A stretch of 64,000 bases of DNA from Bacteroidales bacterium (GTDB taxonomy: Bacteria; Bacteroidota; Bacteroidia; Bacteroidales; UBA7960), in the NCBI GenBank assembly GCA_031323845.1, contig JAVIYP010000006.1, forward strand, positions 6,982 to 70,981. Reading direction: 5' to 3'. A program made the position numbers and the translations under genes. The notes beneath the pieces are model-generated. The model was not told the origin of the DNA. It worked only from the letters and a program-made list of their open reading frames with translations, and searched no databases. Position 1 is the first letter of the stretch. Every line of letters begins with the position of its first letter. Positions 18,980 to 29,064 of the stretch are shown here, piece by piece.

Positions 18980-19951
18980 ATGAAAAAATTCAAACTCGGC
19001 TTCTTCCCTACCCCGCTGTACAAACTGAATAATTTTTCGCAATTGTATCCGGACTATCAGGTATTTATCAAGCGCGACGACCACACAGGGCTTGCCAGCG
19101 GCGGCAACAAGACCCGCAAGCTGGAATATCTGATCGGCGAAGCCTTATCGGAGGGCGCCAACAGCGTGATTACGGCAGGAGCACAGCAGTCAAACCACTG
19201 CAGACAAACGGCGGCTGCCTGTGCTATGGCCGGTCTTGAATGTCACCTCCTGCTGCGCGGCGACCCGCCTGACAACTATACCGGGAACCTGTTGCTGTCG
19301 AAGCTGCTGGGGGCGAAACTGCATTTCAGCAAAGAAGACAAAAAAGGACCGGGCATCCCGAAGCTGGCCGAAACACTGAAGCAAAAAGGGTTAAAACCCT
19401 ACATCATTCCTTATGGCGGTTCGAATTTCTGCGGAGCGATGGGCTATGTGGAAGCCGCAGCCGAACTAAAGCAACAACTAATGGAGCAGGACCTCAACAT
19501 CGACTATATCTTTTTTGCCTCCAGTTCGGGCGGAATGCAGATCGGGTTAACTCTCGGAAACGAGTTGTACAACCTCAACTGCATCCTTATGCCCGTTTGC
19601 ATCGACAAAGAAGAACAAGGTGCCACAAAACTTGAAGACATCATGCTCGGGATCATCAACACAGAAAAACACAAATTGAACATCCATAAAAACTTCTCAA
19701 AAGATGACGTAACGCTCCTCCGGCAATTCAATGAACCAGGCTATGGAGTGGTCACCGACCATGAAAGGGAGGCCATGAAAGCTCTGGCTGAGACCGAGGG
19801 CATACTGCTCGACCCGGTATATACAGGCAGAGCCTTTTACGCCATGATGCATTTCCTGAAACATAACATGCTGAAACCGGGCAGCAATGTGCTGTTCTGG
19901 CATACCGGCGGCTTGCCGGCCAATTTTTATTATGCAGAACAACTTAGTTGA
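18980..19951 (+). CDS. D-cysteine desulfhydrase / ACC deaminase family PLP enzyme
   Basis: Motifs KRDD..G...GGNKTRKLEY, QSNHCR, LDPVYTG and FWHTGG. Confidence 0.9.
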   Translation: MKKFKLGFFPTPLYKLNNFSQLYPDYQVFIKRDDHTGLASGGNKTRKLEYLIGEALSEGANSVITAGAQQSNHCRQTAAACAMAGLECHLLLRGDPPDNYTGNLLLSKLLGAKLHFSKEDKKGPGIPKLAETLKQKGLKPYIIPYGGSNFCGAMGYVEAAAELKQQLMEQDLNIDYIFFASSSGGMQIGLTLGNELYNLNCILMPVCIDKEEQGATKLEDIMLGIINTEKHKLNIHKNFSKDDVTLLRQFNEPGYGVVTDHEREAMKALAETEGILLDPVYTGRAFYAMMHFLKHNMLKPGSNVLFWHTGGLPANFYYAEQLS

Positions 19952-20031
19952 CGGGACTGATGTTTTTGCAAGGACAAAAACCGGCTTCACTGCCTAATAA
20001 GTATTTTTTTCGAATTCATAAGCTGATATTT

Positions 20032-21615
20032 ATGTTACATAAACCATTTTTCAACCTCCTTGCTTTGTTGCTGTTAAGCACGTTAACACATGCGGGATCA
20101 GGCAGTGAAGCAGCGGCGGCGTCCTATGCTGACAAACTGAGTGGCTTACCCGGGTTTATCGAACGCGGCATGCACAGCTGGGGCATCCCGGGCATGGCCG
20201 TTGCCGTGGTAAAAGACAACGAAATCATTTATGCACAAGGATTTGGTGAACGGAAACTGGGCAGCAATGACCGGGTGGATGAGCATACGGTTTTTGGCAT
20301 GGCATCGCTCACCAAAGCCATGACGGCGGTAGCGCTGGCCATGCTGGTTGACGAAGGCAGGCTCAGCTGGGATGACAGGGTGCGAGATTATCTTCCCTGG
20401 TTTGAGCTGAGCGATCCCTGGGTCAGCGACCGTGTAACCATCAGCGACCTTCTTTCGCACAGGGTTGGTATCGGCCGCATGACAGGCAACAGGCTTCGCT
20501 TCATGCCGTCGCGCGATCCGAAAACCATCATGAGCTTTGTACGGCACCAGCCCTTCGAGGTTGACTTTCGGGCAGGCTACCTCTACAGCAACATCATGTA
20601 CATGGTGGCAGGCCAGGTTCTTGAAGCCGTTACCGGTGATTCATGGGATCACTTTTTGAGCACACGCCTGTTTATACCCCTGAAGATGCACAGTGCAAAC
20701 ACTTCCATAACCCGGATTTCGGATCAGGACAACGCTGCCTGGCCGCACCAGGAGATACACGGTGATGTTGTTACCATTCCCAGGCGCAATTTCGACAATG
20801 TCGGACCGGCTGCTTCTGTCAATGCTTCGGTCTCTGACATGGCTCAATGGATGATACTGTTGCTGGATACTCCCGGAGTGTTCAAAGGACAGGAGCTTGT
20901 AAGCGCACAAAGGATGAAAGAAGTTTTTCAACCACGCCATGTTTTTGAAATGGATGACCCTTTTGAGGATGACTTCAGTGCTTACGGGTTCGGGTGGGGT
21001 TTACGTTATTATGAAGGATATCGCATTGCACAGCACAGCGGGGCAACCGATGGCATGACCTCGCTGCTCGTGCTTGTGCCAGGAAAAAACCTGGGGGTGA
21101 TCGTTGCCAGCAACCTCTTCTGCACCTTCCGCCCTGCTGTCAGGAACTACATCCTGGATGCCCTGCTTGACCTTGAACGTGAAAAAGACTGGCACGACCA
21201 TTACTTCAGTCAGTTCTCAGCAGAAAAAGCGGCCGCCCTTGAAGAACGGGCCGAAATAGAAAGCAGGCGCATACCGGATACCACACCCAGCCTGGCACCG
21301 GAAGCCTACACCGGTACATACCACCACGAGGTATATGACAAGGCCGTGATCAGCATGAACGATGACGGGCGTCTGGTTATGCAATTATGGGATGATGATG
21401 AAATGATTGCAGACCTTGAACATTGGCATTACGACACCTTCAGGGCGCACTGGCGCAACCCGGCCATGCGCGAAAAATTCATCACCTTTGACCTGGATCA
21501 ATACGGGGAGGTGTGCCAGTTAAACGTGAACTTCACCTTGCGGCAAAGGCTGATCTCCGCTGGCATCTACCCTGCCGAATATATGCGTACGGTAACCTAC
21601 GCAAAAACACACTGA
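20032..21615 (+). CDS. Exported serine hydrolase (beta-lactamase/AmpC-like) with a C-terminal DUF3471-like domain
   Basis: Signal peptide and catalytic motifs SLTK, YSN and HSG. Likely start MLHKP at 20032. Confidence 0.88.
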   Translation: MLHKPFFNLLALLLLSTLTHAGSGSEAAAASYADKLSGLPGFIERGMHSWGIPGMAVAVVKDNEIIYAQGFGERKLGSNDRVDEHTVFGMASLTKAMTAVALAMLVDEGRLSWDDRVRDYLPWFELSDPWVSDRVTISDLLSHRVGIGRMTGNRLRFMPSRDPKTIMSFVRHQPFEVDFRAGYLYSNIMYMVAGQVLEAVTGDSWDHFLSTRLFIPLKMHSANTSITRISDQDNAAWPHQEIHGDVVTIPRRNFDNVGPAASVNASVSDMAQWMILLLDTPGVFKGQELVSAQRMKEVFQPRHVFEMDDPFEDDFSAYGFGWGLRYYEGYRIAQHSGATDGMTSLLVLVPGKNLGVIVASNLFCTFRPAVRNYILDALLDLEREKDWHDHYFSQFSAEKAAALEERAEIESRRIPDTTPSLAPEAYTGTYHHEVYDKAVISMNDDGRLVMQLWDDDEMIADLEHWHYDTFRAHWRNPAMREKFITFDLDQYGEVCQLNVNFTLRQRLISAGIYPAEYMRTVTYAKTH

Positions 21616-21820
21616 TTTCCTCCACCCCTTGCAAATGGGCCCGCCGGCTTGTCCAGTTGCCGGTATTTTCAACGTCAAACGCTGTCCGGAAAGTCATTCC
21701 CGGGTGCAATGGAACATTTATGCCAGGGAAAGTTAATGACATCTGGCATTATTTCAAAAAAAAGCATTACTTTTGCACCTCATTTAATTAAATCATTACA
21801 AACACATTAAACTCGAAAAA

Positions 21821-22201
21821 ATGCTAAGACAGTATGAAACCGTTTTCATTATGACTCCCGTTTTGTCTGATGAACAGATGAAGGAAACGGTAAGTAAGTT
21901 TCGGGAATACCTTAAAAACAAAGGTGCCGAGATTGTTTATGAAGACCATTGGGGCCTGCGCAAAATGGCCTATCCTATCCAGAAAAAATCAACAGGCTTT
22001 TATCACCTGATTGAGTTCAAAGCCGAACCTGAGATCATTCGTGGTTTTGATGTTGAGTTGAAACGCGATGAGCGGGTAATACGTTTTCTGACCATGTCGC
22101 TTGACAAGCATGCCATTGCTTACAACGAAAAGAAAAGACGTGAAAAGGAAGCCTCCGTGGAACAGGAAAAGGAACAGGAAAAACAAGCTGAAAACAATTA
22201 A
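21821..22201 (+). CDS. rpsF: 30S ribosomal protein S6
   Basis: YETVFI..P and [10 protein letters not shown]. Confidence 0.98.
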   Translation: MLRQYETVFIMTPVLSDEQMKETVSKFREYLKNKGAEIVYEDHWGLRKMAYPIQKKSTGFYHLIEFKAEPEIIRGFDVELKRDERVIRFLTMSLDKHAIAYNEKKRREKEASVEQEKEQEKQAENN

Positions 22202-22212
22202 GGATTAAAGAT

Positions 22213-22485
22213 ATGGCTACACAACAAAACTCGGAAATCAGATATCTGGCGCCCATAGCCGTTGATATCAAAAAGAAAAAATACTGCCGCTTCAGAAGGG
22301 CCGGCATCAAATACATTGATTACAAAGACGCAAACTTTCTGCTGAAGTTCGTAAATGAACAGGGAAAGATCCTTCCCAGAAGGATTACAGGCACATCAGT
22401 GAAATACCAGCGCAAGGTGGCACGGGCAATAAAAAGGGCCAGGCACCTCGCTATCATGCCATATGTTGCGGATCTTTTAAAATAA
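22213..22485 (+). CDS. rpsR: 30S ribosomal protein S18
   Basis: [15 protein letters not shown] and AIKRAR. Confidence 0.98.
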   Translation: MATQQNSEIRYLAPIAVDIKKKKYCRFRRAGIKYIDYKDANFLLKFVNEQGKILPRRITGTSVKYQRKVARAIKRARHLAIMPYVADLLK

Positions 22486-22497
22486 GGAGGTAAGAAC

Positions 22498-22947
22498 ATG
22501 GAAATTATTCTGAAACAAGACGTCCCGAATCTGGGCTTTAAAGATGACCTGGTAACCGTTAAAGACGGCTACGCCAACAACTACCTTATTCCAAAAGGTC
22601 TGGCAATAATGGCACTGCCTGCGGAGAAGAAAAAACTTGCCGAGACCATCAGGCAGCGTGCCTTCAAAGAGGAAAAAATCCGCAAAGAAGCGGAAAAGCT
22701 TGCTGAAAAGCTGCAGGATATAGAAGTAAAGATTGGTGCCAAAGTGGGTACCTCCGGTAAAATTTTCGGCTCTGTGAATGCCCTGCAGATCGCTGAAGCC
22801 ATTAAAAACCAGTTTGATCTTGATATTGACCGCAAAAAAATCGTGATTGACGGGGATTCCATCAAGGAACTGGGCGCTTACACCGCCAAAATCAACCTGC
22901 ACAAGGAGGTTCGCGTGGACCTTACATTTGAAGTGGTTGGCGAATAA
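22498..22947 (+). CDS. rplI: 50S ribosomal protein L9
   Basis: MEIILKQDV.NLG, VKDGYA.NYLIPKG and GKIFGSV. Confidence 0.98.
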   Translation: MEIILKQDVPNLGFKDDLVTVKDGYANNYLIPKGLAIMALPAEKKKLAETIRQRAFKEEKIRKEAEKLAEKLQDIEVKIGAKVGTSGKIFGSVNALQIAEAIKNQFDLDIDRKKIVIDGDSIKELGAYTAKINLHKEVRVDLTFEVVGE

Positions 22948-22966
22948 GAAGCATATATGCCTGAAG

Positions 22967-23000
22967 AAAGCCTGTTTCTTTTACGGAACAGGCTTTTTTT
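22967..23000 (+). terminator. Intrinsic terminator after rplI
   Basis: AAAGCCTGTT...AACAGGCTTT followed by a T run. Confidence 0.85.
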
Positions 23001-23102
23001 CGCCTCATACCCTGCTAAACCGTCTAACGAGGCCGGAGGGTCACTTTTTAAAAGGAAAAGACCTTATTGTTATCGGGTGATTTGAGTAATTTTGCAGATA
23101 CG

Positions 23103-23879
23103 ATGATCAGCACAGGTAAAATAAAGCACTTACAGTCCTTGAGGCAAAAGAAGTTTCGTGACCTTCACGGTGTCTTTCTTGCAGAGGGCGAAAAAATTGC
23201 AGGAGAGCTGATTGAGTCCGACTGGCCAGTAGAGGCGGTGTACGCTTTGCCTGATTGGATTGAACAACAGGGCGGTCGCATTCCTGATCATATAGCGTGT
23301 CATGCGGTAAACCGGAAAGAGCTGGAGCGCATCAGCGGACAGAAAACACCCAACCGTGTCCTGGCGGTTTTGCGCAAGCCAGGTGAGCCGTTTTCTTTTG
23401 ACATCTTTTCTGAAGACCTGGTATTGATGCTTGACAGGATACAGGATCCCGGCAACCTGGGCACTATCATACGGACGGCTGACTGGTTTGGCATCAGGCA
23501 TCTTGTATGTTCTCCCGACACCGCGGATGTGTTCAACCCAAAAGTGATCCAGGCCAGCATGGGCTCCTTTCTGAGGGTTAAGGTATATTATCAAACACTA
23601 ACCGATGTGCTGACAAAACTTTCCGGTCGCATTCCGGTTTACGGCACCTTCCGTGAGGGGAGAAACCTTTACGAAGAAGCCGTCACCATTCCATCTGTGG
23701 TGATTATCGGGAACGAATCACAGGGCATCCGTCCGGAGCTGGCTGCTTTTGCAGACCATCCTGTCAGTATCCCTTCCGGGGGAAGCGGGACTGGAGGAGG
23801 CAGAGCGGAATCGCTGAATGCAGCCGTGGCTGCCGGAATCATAATGGCGTACAGCCGAAATACCAATTTCAGAAAGTAA
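23103..23879 (+). CDS. TrmH/SpoU family RNA methyltransferase
   Basis: Motifs IQDPGNLGTIIRTA, IGNESQG and ESLNAAVA. Likely start at 23103. Confidence 0.93.
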   Translation: MISTGKIKHLQSLRQKKFRDLHGVFLAEGEKIAGELIESDWPVEAVYALPDWIEQQGGRIPDHIACHAVNRKELERISGQKTPNRVLAVLRKPGEPFSFDIFSEDLVLMLDRIQDPGNLGTIIRTADWFGIRHLVCSPDTADVFNPKVIQASMGSFLRVKVYYQTLTDVLTKLSGRIPVYGTFREGRNLYEEAVTIPSVVIIGNESQGIRPELAAFADHPVSIPSGGSGTGGGRAESLNAAVAAGIIMAYSRNTNFRK

Positions 23880-23940
23880 GGTTATTCCATTAAACATTAG
23901 GCACACAGCGTTGTTATTCTTTTAAAAAAAGACAGTTGCC

Positions 23941-24138
23941 ATGGAAGTTATCATTCTTGCCGTTATATTGCTCGCTTTGGCCATCGGAGGCATTGCCATA
24001 AAGATGTTTCTGAAGCCGGGTGAGACCTTTACCAAGTCGTGCAGCAGCACTTATGACCCTGATACTGGGAAGCCGCGGCCCTGTGCCTGTGCGTCGGGCA
24101 TTCCGGAGGATTGCGAAAACACCGAGAAGAACTCATAA
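23941..24138 (+). CDS. Small membrane protein with a four-Cys tail (NqrM-like)
   Basis: 65 aa: an N-terminal TM helix, then KSCSS...CAC...C. Confidence 0.7.
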   Translation: MEVIILAVILLALAIGGIAIKMFLKPGETFTKSCSSTYDPDTGKPRPCACASGIPEDCENTEKNS

Positions 24139-24851
24139 ACAGCCGGGACCTTGCTCTTCAGAGCTTCCTGCGGTGATCCCTGAAAGGCGACTTTTCCCTG
24201 ATCCAGAAATACGATTCTGTTGGCCACCCTCATAATGCTGGTTACTTCATGGGTGACCATTACGATCGACATGCCTAATTTGTTTTTAAGGTTCAGGATG
24301 AGGTTGTCGAGTGATTCGAGTGATATGGGATCAAGCCCTGCTCCGGGCTCATCGCAGAACAACAGGGGCGGGTCCATGGCGATGGATCGGGCCAGGGCGG
24401 CACGTTTCAGCATACCTCCGCTGAGCTGGGAAGGATACAAATGATAGGCGTGAGACAGGTTTACCAGGCCGAGTTTCATCATCACGATTTCACAGATAAG
24501 ATCTTCGGGCAGTTTGGTATGCTGGGCCAGGGGCAGCGCAACGTTTTCCGCAACGGTGAGGGAGTTCAGCAGCGCACCGCTCTGGTAAAAAACACCCATT
24601 TGCAGGTATAGGTCACGCAGCTCGACCTCACGCAGTTTGGCAATATCTTTTCCAAGCACTCTGACCGTGCCTCCGGCAATGGGATACAGGCCAAGCAGAT
24701 GCTTGAGCACGGTGGTTTTTCCGGAACCGCTGCCACCCAGGATAACCGTGACCTCTCCTTTGTATGCCGAGAAGGAAACCGACGACAAGATCTCTCTTCC
24801 ATCGAAAGATGCATATAAATCGCTGACTTCTATAATTTTTTCCTTTTGCAT
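24051..24851 (-). CDS. MlaF-like ABC ATPase
   Basis: Motifs GGSGSGKT, LSGGM, DEP.AGLDP and VTHE. Confidence 0.93.
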   Translation of the reverse strand: MQKEKIIEVSDLYASFDGREILSSVSFSAYKGEVTVILGGSGSGKTTVLKHLLGLYPIAGGTVRVLGKDIAKLREVELRDLYLQMGVFYQSGALLNSLTVAENVALPLAQHTKLPEDLICEIVMMKLGLVNLSHAYHLYPSQLSGGMLKRAALARSIAMDPPLLFCDEPGAGLDPISLESLDNLILNLKNKLGMSIVMVTHEVTSIMRVANRIVFLDQGKVAFQGSPQEALKSKVPAVYEFFSVFSQSSGMPDAQAQGRGFPVSGS

Positions 24852-24856
24852 AACGA

Positions 24857-25999
24857 TCAGGTATAGAACATAACGCCCAGGATGCTGTCGGCCAGGATCA
24901 CCAGGGTAATAGCGACTACCACGGCAATGGTGGTAGCACGGCCCACGCCTTCGGCTCCCCTGTCGACCCGGAAACCGTAGAAACTGCCTGTAAGAACAAT
25001 AATGGCGGCATAAACCTGGCTTTTGACCAGGGCGGTATATAAATCTTTGGTTAACATAATGCTTGCCATGCGGTTGGTGAAAATTTCAGGACCGATGTCA
25101 AGGTACCACCATGCTGCCAGGGCGCCTCCGGTGATGCCGGAAATGTTGGCCAGGACAATCAAAAACGGCATGGTCAGCATACAGGCGTAAAGTTTTGGAA
25201 CAACAACAAAACGGTTAGGATTCAGTGCCATGGTTTTCAGGGCATCGAGCTCCGCCGTAACCTTCATGGTCCCAATTTCTGCGGCAATGGCAGAAGCGCT
25301 TCTTCCAGCCACAAGTATTGCGGTGATCAGCGGACCCATCTGGGCCATGATGGAATAGACCACCAGATCAACAATAAAGATATTGGCGCCAAAGCTTCTC
25401 AGCTGACCTGAAGCCTGTAAGGCAAGCACATAACCAATCACAAAAGAGAGGAATACTACAATAAGCGCTGCATTCACACCGATCAGCACCGCCTGGTTCA
25501 CGAATTCGCCCTTGCGCCGCGCACGGGGCCTGAACAGGTCGTGGAAAGCCCAGTAAAACACATTGGACATCAGCAAGAGAAAACCAAACACATAAGACGA
25601 AAAAAATTCGTAAACGCCTTGTCCCACACGCTCAAAAAAAGATGTTTTTGGCGGCAGTGAAATTTTTTCATGCGTTTCGGGATAAAACAATTTGATTTTG
25701 CTGTTCACCAGCTCCGAGCCCCCGGTGAAGTCAACCTGTGTGTTTTGTTCTGCCAGCTTTTTCTTCACATAAAATAACGACATGACACCAGCACTGTCGA
25801 TGTTGTCAAGGTCCGAAATATCTAAAATCACGGTTTTCAGCTTCATGGGTTTCACCAGCTTCAGCATTTTTGTTGCAAAGCCGGCGGCTTCTTCAACCGT
25901 CAGGGATTTATACAGAAAGAAGGTGTTGCCCACCATACGGTATTCGATACCGTTGTTATTGATTACATGTAGCTGGGTTTCGGTTTTTGAGGCTGGCAT
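24857..25999 (-). CDS. MlaE-like permease with an N-terminal STAS domain
   Basis: STAS motif LDISDLDNIDSAG, plus AGRSASAIAAEIGTMKV. Confidence 0.9.
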   Translation of the reverse strand: MPASKTETQLHVINNNGIEYRMVGNTFFLYKSLTVEEAAGFATKMLKLVKPMKLKTVILDISDLDNIDSAGVMSLFYVKKKLAEQNTQVDFTGGSELVNSKIKLFYPETHEKISLPPKTSFFERVGQGVYEFFSSYVFGFLLLMSNVFYWAFHDLFRPRARRKGEFVNQAVLIGVNAALIVVFLSFVIGYVLALQASGQLRSFGANIFIVDLVVYSIMAQMGPLITAILVAGRSASAIAAEIGTMKVTAELDALKTMALNPNRFVVVPKLYACMLTMPFLIVLANISGITGGALAAWWYLDIGPEIFTNRMASIMLTKDLYTALVKSQVYAAIIVLTGSFYGFRVDRGAEGVGRATTIAVVVAITLVILADSILGVMFYT

Positions 26000-26063
26000 G
26001 ATGCTGGTAATTGATTAATGCTGACAGCAATGTGGTGACGCACCCCGAAGGGGCAATGTAGTT

Positions 26064-26666
26064 TTACTGACCCTCCATCAGCTGCATTGTCATCGTTTTA
26101 AGTTCTTCAGCAAACAGTCGGCTGATGGTGGAGGCGAAATCATTGAGGTTGTTTCCGGGAAGCACTTCGGCATGGTCAGCCAGGTGCTGATACAGGATAT
26201 GGTCACCTTTGGCGTCTTGCAACAGCAGCTCTGCCACAAAGCGTGCTTCCAGGGTTTTTCCTCTATCGACAACTTCCAGGCGCGATACATCCACCTTTAG
26301 CATATAGTCGGCCCCTTCAGCCAAACGGCCTGTGCTGACATGCTCAAAAACACCGTGAGTTTTGAGAAAGCGGGCAGCTATATCCCTTAAAGCGTTTTCC
26401 GGGCGTTGAGCCCACTCATTAAAGCTGAAATACCGGATGCTGTGAGACTCCTCCCTCAGTGCAATCTGGTGTGAAGCGTAGGGTGGCGCCACCTTTACCT
26501 GCATGATTCCACAAGTGCCGGGCAGTGTCGTCAGGGTGACGGGCAAGGTCTGGGCGTATTCTTCGGGCAGTTCAAGAAGGTAAAAATGCTGCTGCACGCT
26601 TTTCCCGCTCCGGCATGCAGTAAAAAGCACGGCAAGCATGACGGAAAACAAAAGTAGTTTTTTCAT
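26064..26666 (-). CDS. PqiC-like ABC auxiliary lipoprotein
   Basis: Lipobox FTAC, FYLL and EWAQRP motifs; lies in the MCE operon. Confidence 0.8.
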   Translation of the reverse strand: MKKLLLFSVMLAVLFTACRSGKSVQQHFYLLELPEEYAQTLPVTLTTLPGTCGIMQVKVAPPYASHQIALREESHSIRYFSFNEWAQRPENALRDIAARFLKTHGVFEHVSTGRLAEGADYMLKVDVSRLEVVDRGKTLEARFVAELLLQDAKGDHILYQHLADHAEVLPGNNLNDFASTISRLFAEELKTMTMQLMEGQ

Positions 26667-26712
26667 AATAATGAGATTAAACATTCAATGACTAAGGTTC
26701 CGGTGTAACCGC

Positions 26713-27717
26713 TTAGCGGTTGTCGAGAATTTGATCGGGCGTATTATCCGGGCGGGGTCTTCTCACCAGCACCGACGGATTGCTGCTGATTTTTCTTGAA
26801 GCCTCATTCAGGTTGATCAATGTTTCCTGCAGCAGTATAAGACTGGTGGTTAAGCCTTCTGCGCCCCTGTCAACATCCTCCCCCACTTTTAACAGCAGCG
26901 CTTGTGTTTCGCTCGTGGCCGCTGCCAGACTTTCAATTAATTCGTTCAGATTCGTTTCCTTGAGCGTGACGGAGATCTCTCTGAAATTGCCCAGCACTTC
27001 ACTCAGGGTATCTCCCTGCATGATTTCATTAAAACGGTTGACGGCAAAAAAGAGTTCCGTTGATGTCATGTCAAGTTCCTTGCTTATTTTGTTTACCGTG
27101 GACAGGGTTTGCCTCACATCCTGGCGGTTTTCATTGATCAGCTCATCTATTCCTGCCAGTGAGCGTTGGGCATGATCTGCAAAAGCGGTTATTCTTTCAG
27201 CTGTTTCGCGAAACACCTCCATATTGGAGGGTTCTGTAAAGACCTGAAGGTTGTTCAGCACCTGTTCGGCCCTGAAAGCGATCACTTCGGCTCTGCCGGT
27301 GATATCTTCGGCCAGCGAAGAACCCTGCCGGATATAGCCTCCAGGCTGCAGGAAGTCTGCCTCCTGGGTGCCCCCTCTGATCTCTATGGTCTTTAATCCC
27401 GTGATGCCCATAGCCACGATATCCGCAACGGCATCCGTTTTTACGGGAGTGTTTTCCTGTAAGGCCAGCTTAACAATGATGGTGTTTACATCATCGGGGG
27501 CTATGCCAATTTCTGCAATGGAACCTACATTGATACCAAGAAACTTAACCGGGCTGCCCACTTCAAGGCCACTGACGGAAACATCCCTGTATGCAACATA
27601 ATAATGGTCTTTGGTTTCAAACAAGGCTTCCGCGGCAAAATACAGAAGGAGCAGCAAGAGCAGCACGCCGCTCACGGTAAGGAAAATCCCCAGGCGTAAT
27701 TTTTGTGCTTTTTTCAT
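26713..27717 (-). CDS. MlaD/MCE family protein
   Basis: TM anchor, VSGLEVGSPVKFLGI.VG motif and a long helical tail. Confidence 0.92.
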   Translation of the reverse strand: MKKAQKLRLGIFLTVSGVLLLLLLLYFAAEALFETKDHYYVAYRDVSVSGLEVGSPVKFLGINVGSIAEIGIAPDDVNTIIVKLALQENTPVKTDAVADIVAMGITGLKTIEIRGGTQEADFLQPGGYIRQGSSLAEDITGRAEVIAFRAEQVLNNLQVFTEPSNMEVFRETAERITAFADHAQRSLAGIDELINENRQDVRQTLSTVNKISKELDMTSTELFFAVNRFNEIMQGDTLSEVLGNFREISVTLKETNLNELIESLAAATSETQALLLKVGEDVDRGAEGLTTSLILLQETLINLNEASRKISSNPSVLVRRPRPDNTPDQILDNR

Positions 27718-27923
27718 CGGTGGATGAGTATTTAAGGGTCAAACTAAGTCATTCATCAAAATAATTCCGCACGAAAAGCCCAGGCATAGAGTTATTATAT
27801 GGGTTGCCGTTTTGGTGCGAAATAATCAAAACGTTCAGGTAAAGATACATTTATTTCGCGGTATTGTCAAATTGTTTAATGAAGAGGGGGACCACAAACG
27901 GCTGGTGCCGGTAAACTGCAAAC

Positions 27924-28934
27924 CTAAAGGTCGTCGCGCGTCAGCAGATGCAGGCCACTGCTGGCATAATATCCGAAGGTGTCATTTTCGGCATAGATCA
28001 GATAGGCTTCAAGGTCCTCTCTGTCCTCGACAAACCGGATAGCTGCATCCAGGCCCATCACCATCAGGGCTGTTGCATAAGCATCGGCCGACATGCCGTC
28101 AGGGGCAAACACCGAGGCGCTCATCAGGTGGTGTTGTACCGGATATCCGGTTTTGGGGTTTATGGTATGTGAATACTTTTGCCCGTCTATTTCATGATAG
28201 CGCCTGTAGTCGCCTGAGGTAGCCAGCCCCGTGTCTTTAATTTCCACAAAATACTCCCATTGTTGCTCTGCTGTGGCATCAGCAGCAGGGACTTCCAGCC
28301 CGATACGCCATGGAGTGCCATCCGGCTTGACTCCCCTGGCTACCAGGTCGCCACCAATCTCCACAAGGTACACCTCCACACCTTTCGCTTCAAGAAACAT
28401 ACCCACCACATCAGCGGCATAACCTTTGGCAATGGCATTGAAGTCGAGCTGAACACGCTCATCATCCTTTACAACACGGCCCTCTTCAAGACGGACCATG
28501 TCATAGTCCACAAATGACAGCAGGCTGTCAATCAGTTCAGGGGTTATCTCTTCGCGTTTGCTGAATCCAAAGCCCCAGGCATTGACCAGCGGAAAAACCG
28601 TAGCGTCAAAGGCTCCGTTGGTTTCAACGGAGATCTCCCGGGCTCGTTCGAACACCACACGGAAATAGTCATCCACACGATCCGTTTCATTTCTGTTGAT
28701 CCTTGACAGCAGTGACTCTTTGTCGTAAAATGACAAGGAGCTGTTAAAATCGCGGAACAGGCTGTCAATGGAGGCCTGGAACACCCGTCCTTCATCATCA
28801 TAATAAATAATGGAGTAATAGGTGCCAAACACAATACCATTTATTGAAATCATTTGCGGGCCTCTGTCCGTTAACTTGCAGGAAGCCAAAAACAGCAGCA
28901 TGGCAACTACCGGGTATACAATCTTTTTCATCAT
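27924..28934 (-). CDS. apbE: FAD:protein FMN transferase (lipoprotein)
   Basis: Lipobox LASC and motifs AFDATV, LDFNAIAKGY, EIGGD, ATSGDY and HTINPKTG. Confidence 0.95.
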   Translation of the reverse strand: MMKKIVYPVVAMLLFLASCKLTDRGPQMISINGIVFGTYYSIIYYDDEGRVFQASIDSLFRDFNSSLSFYDKESLLSRINRNETDRVDDYFRVVFERAREISVETNGAFDATVFPLVNAWGFGFSKREEITPELIDSLLSFVDYDMVRLEEGRVVKDDERVQLDFNAIAKGYAADVVGMFLEAKGVEVYLVEIGGDLVARGVKPDGTPWRIGLEVPAADATAEQQWEYFVEIKDTGLATSGDYRRYHEIDGQKYSHTINPKTGYPVQHHLMSASVFAPDGMSADAYATALMVMGLDAAIRFVEDREDLEAYLIYAENDTFGYYASSGLHLLTRDDL

Positions 28935-29064
28935 TGTGCATTTAGGTTTACAAAAGGGTGTGTCAGCAGTTCCGATCAGCCCCATTAACAACGAAGCCTT
29001 TGCGGAAAAATCCGCATCACCGGCCTGGTTTGACATTTAGTGCGGGGAGTCATAAGCTGATGAT

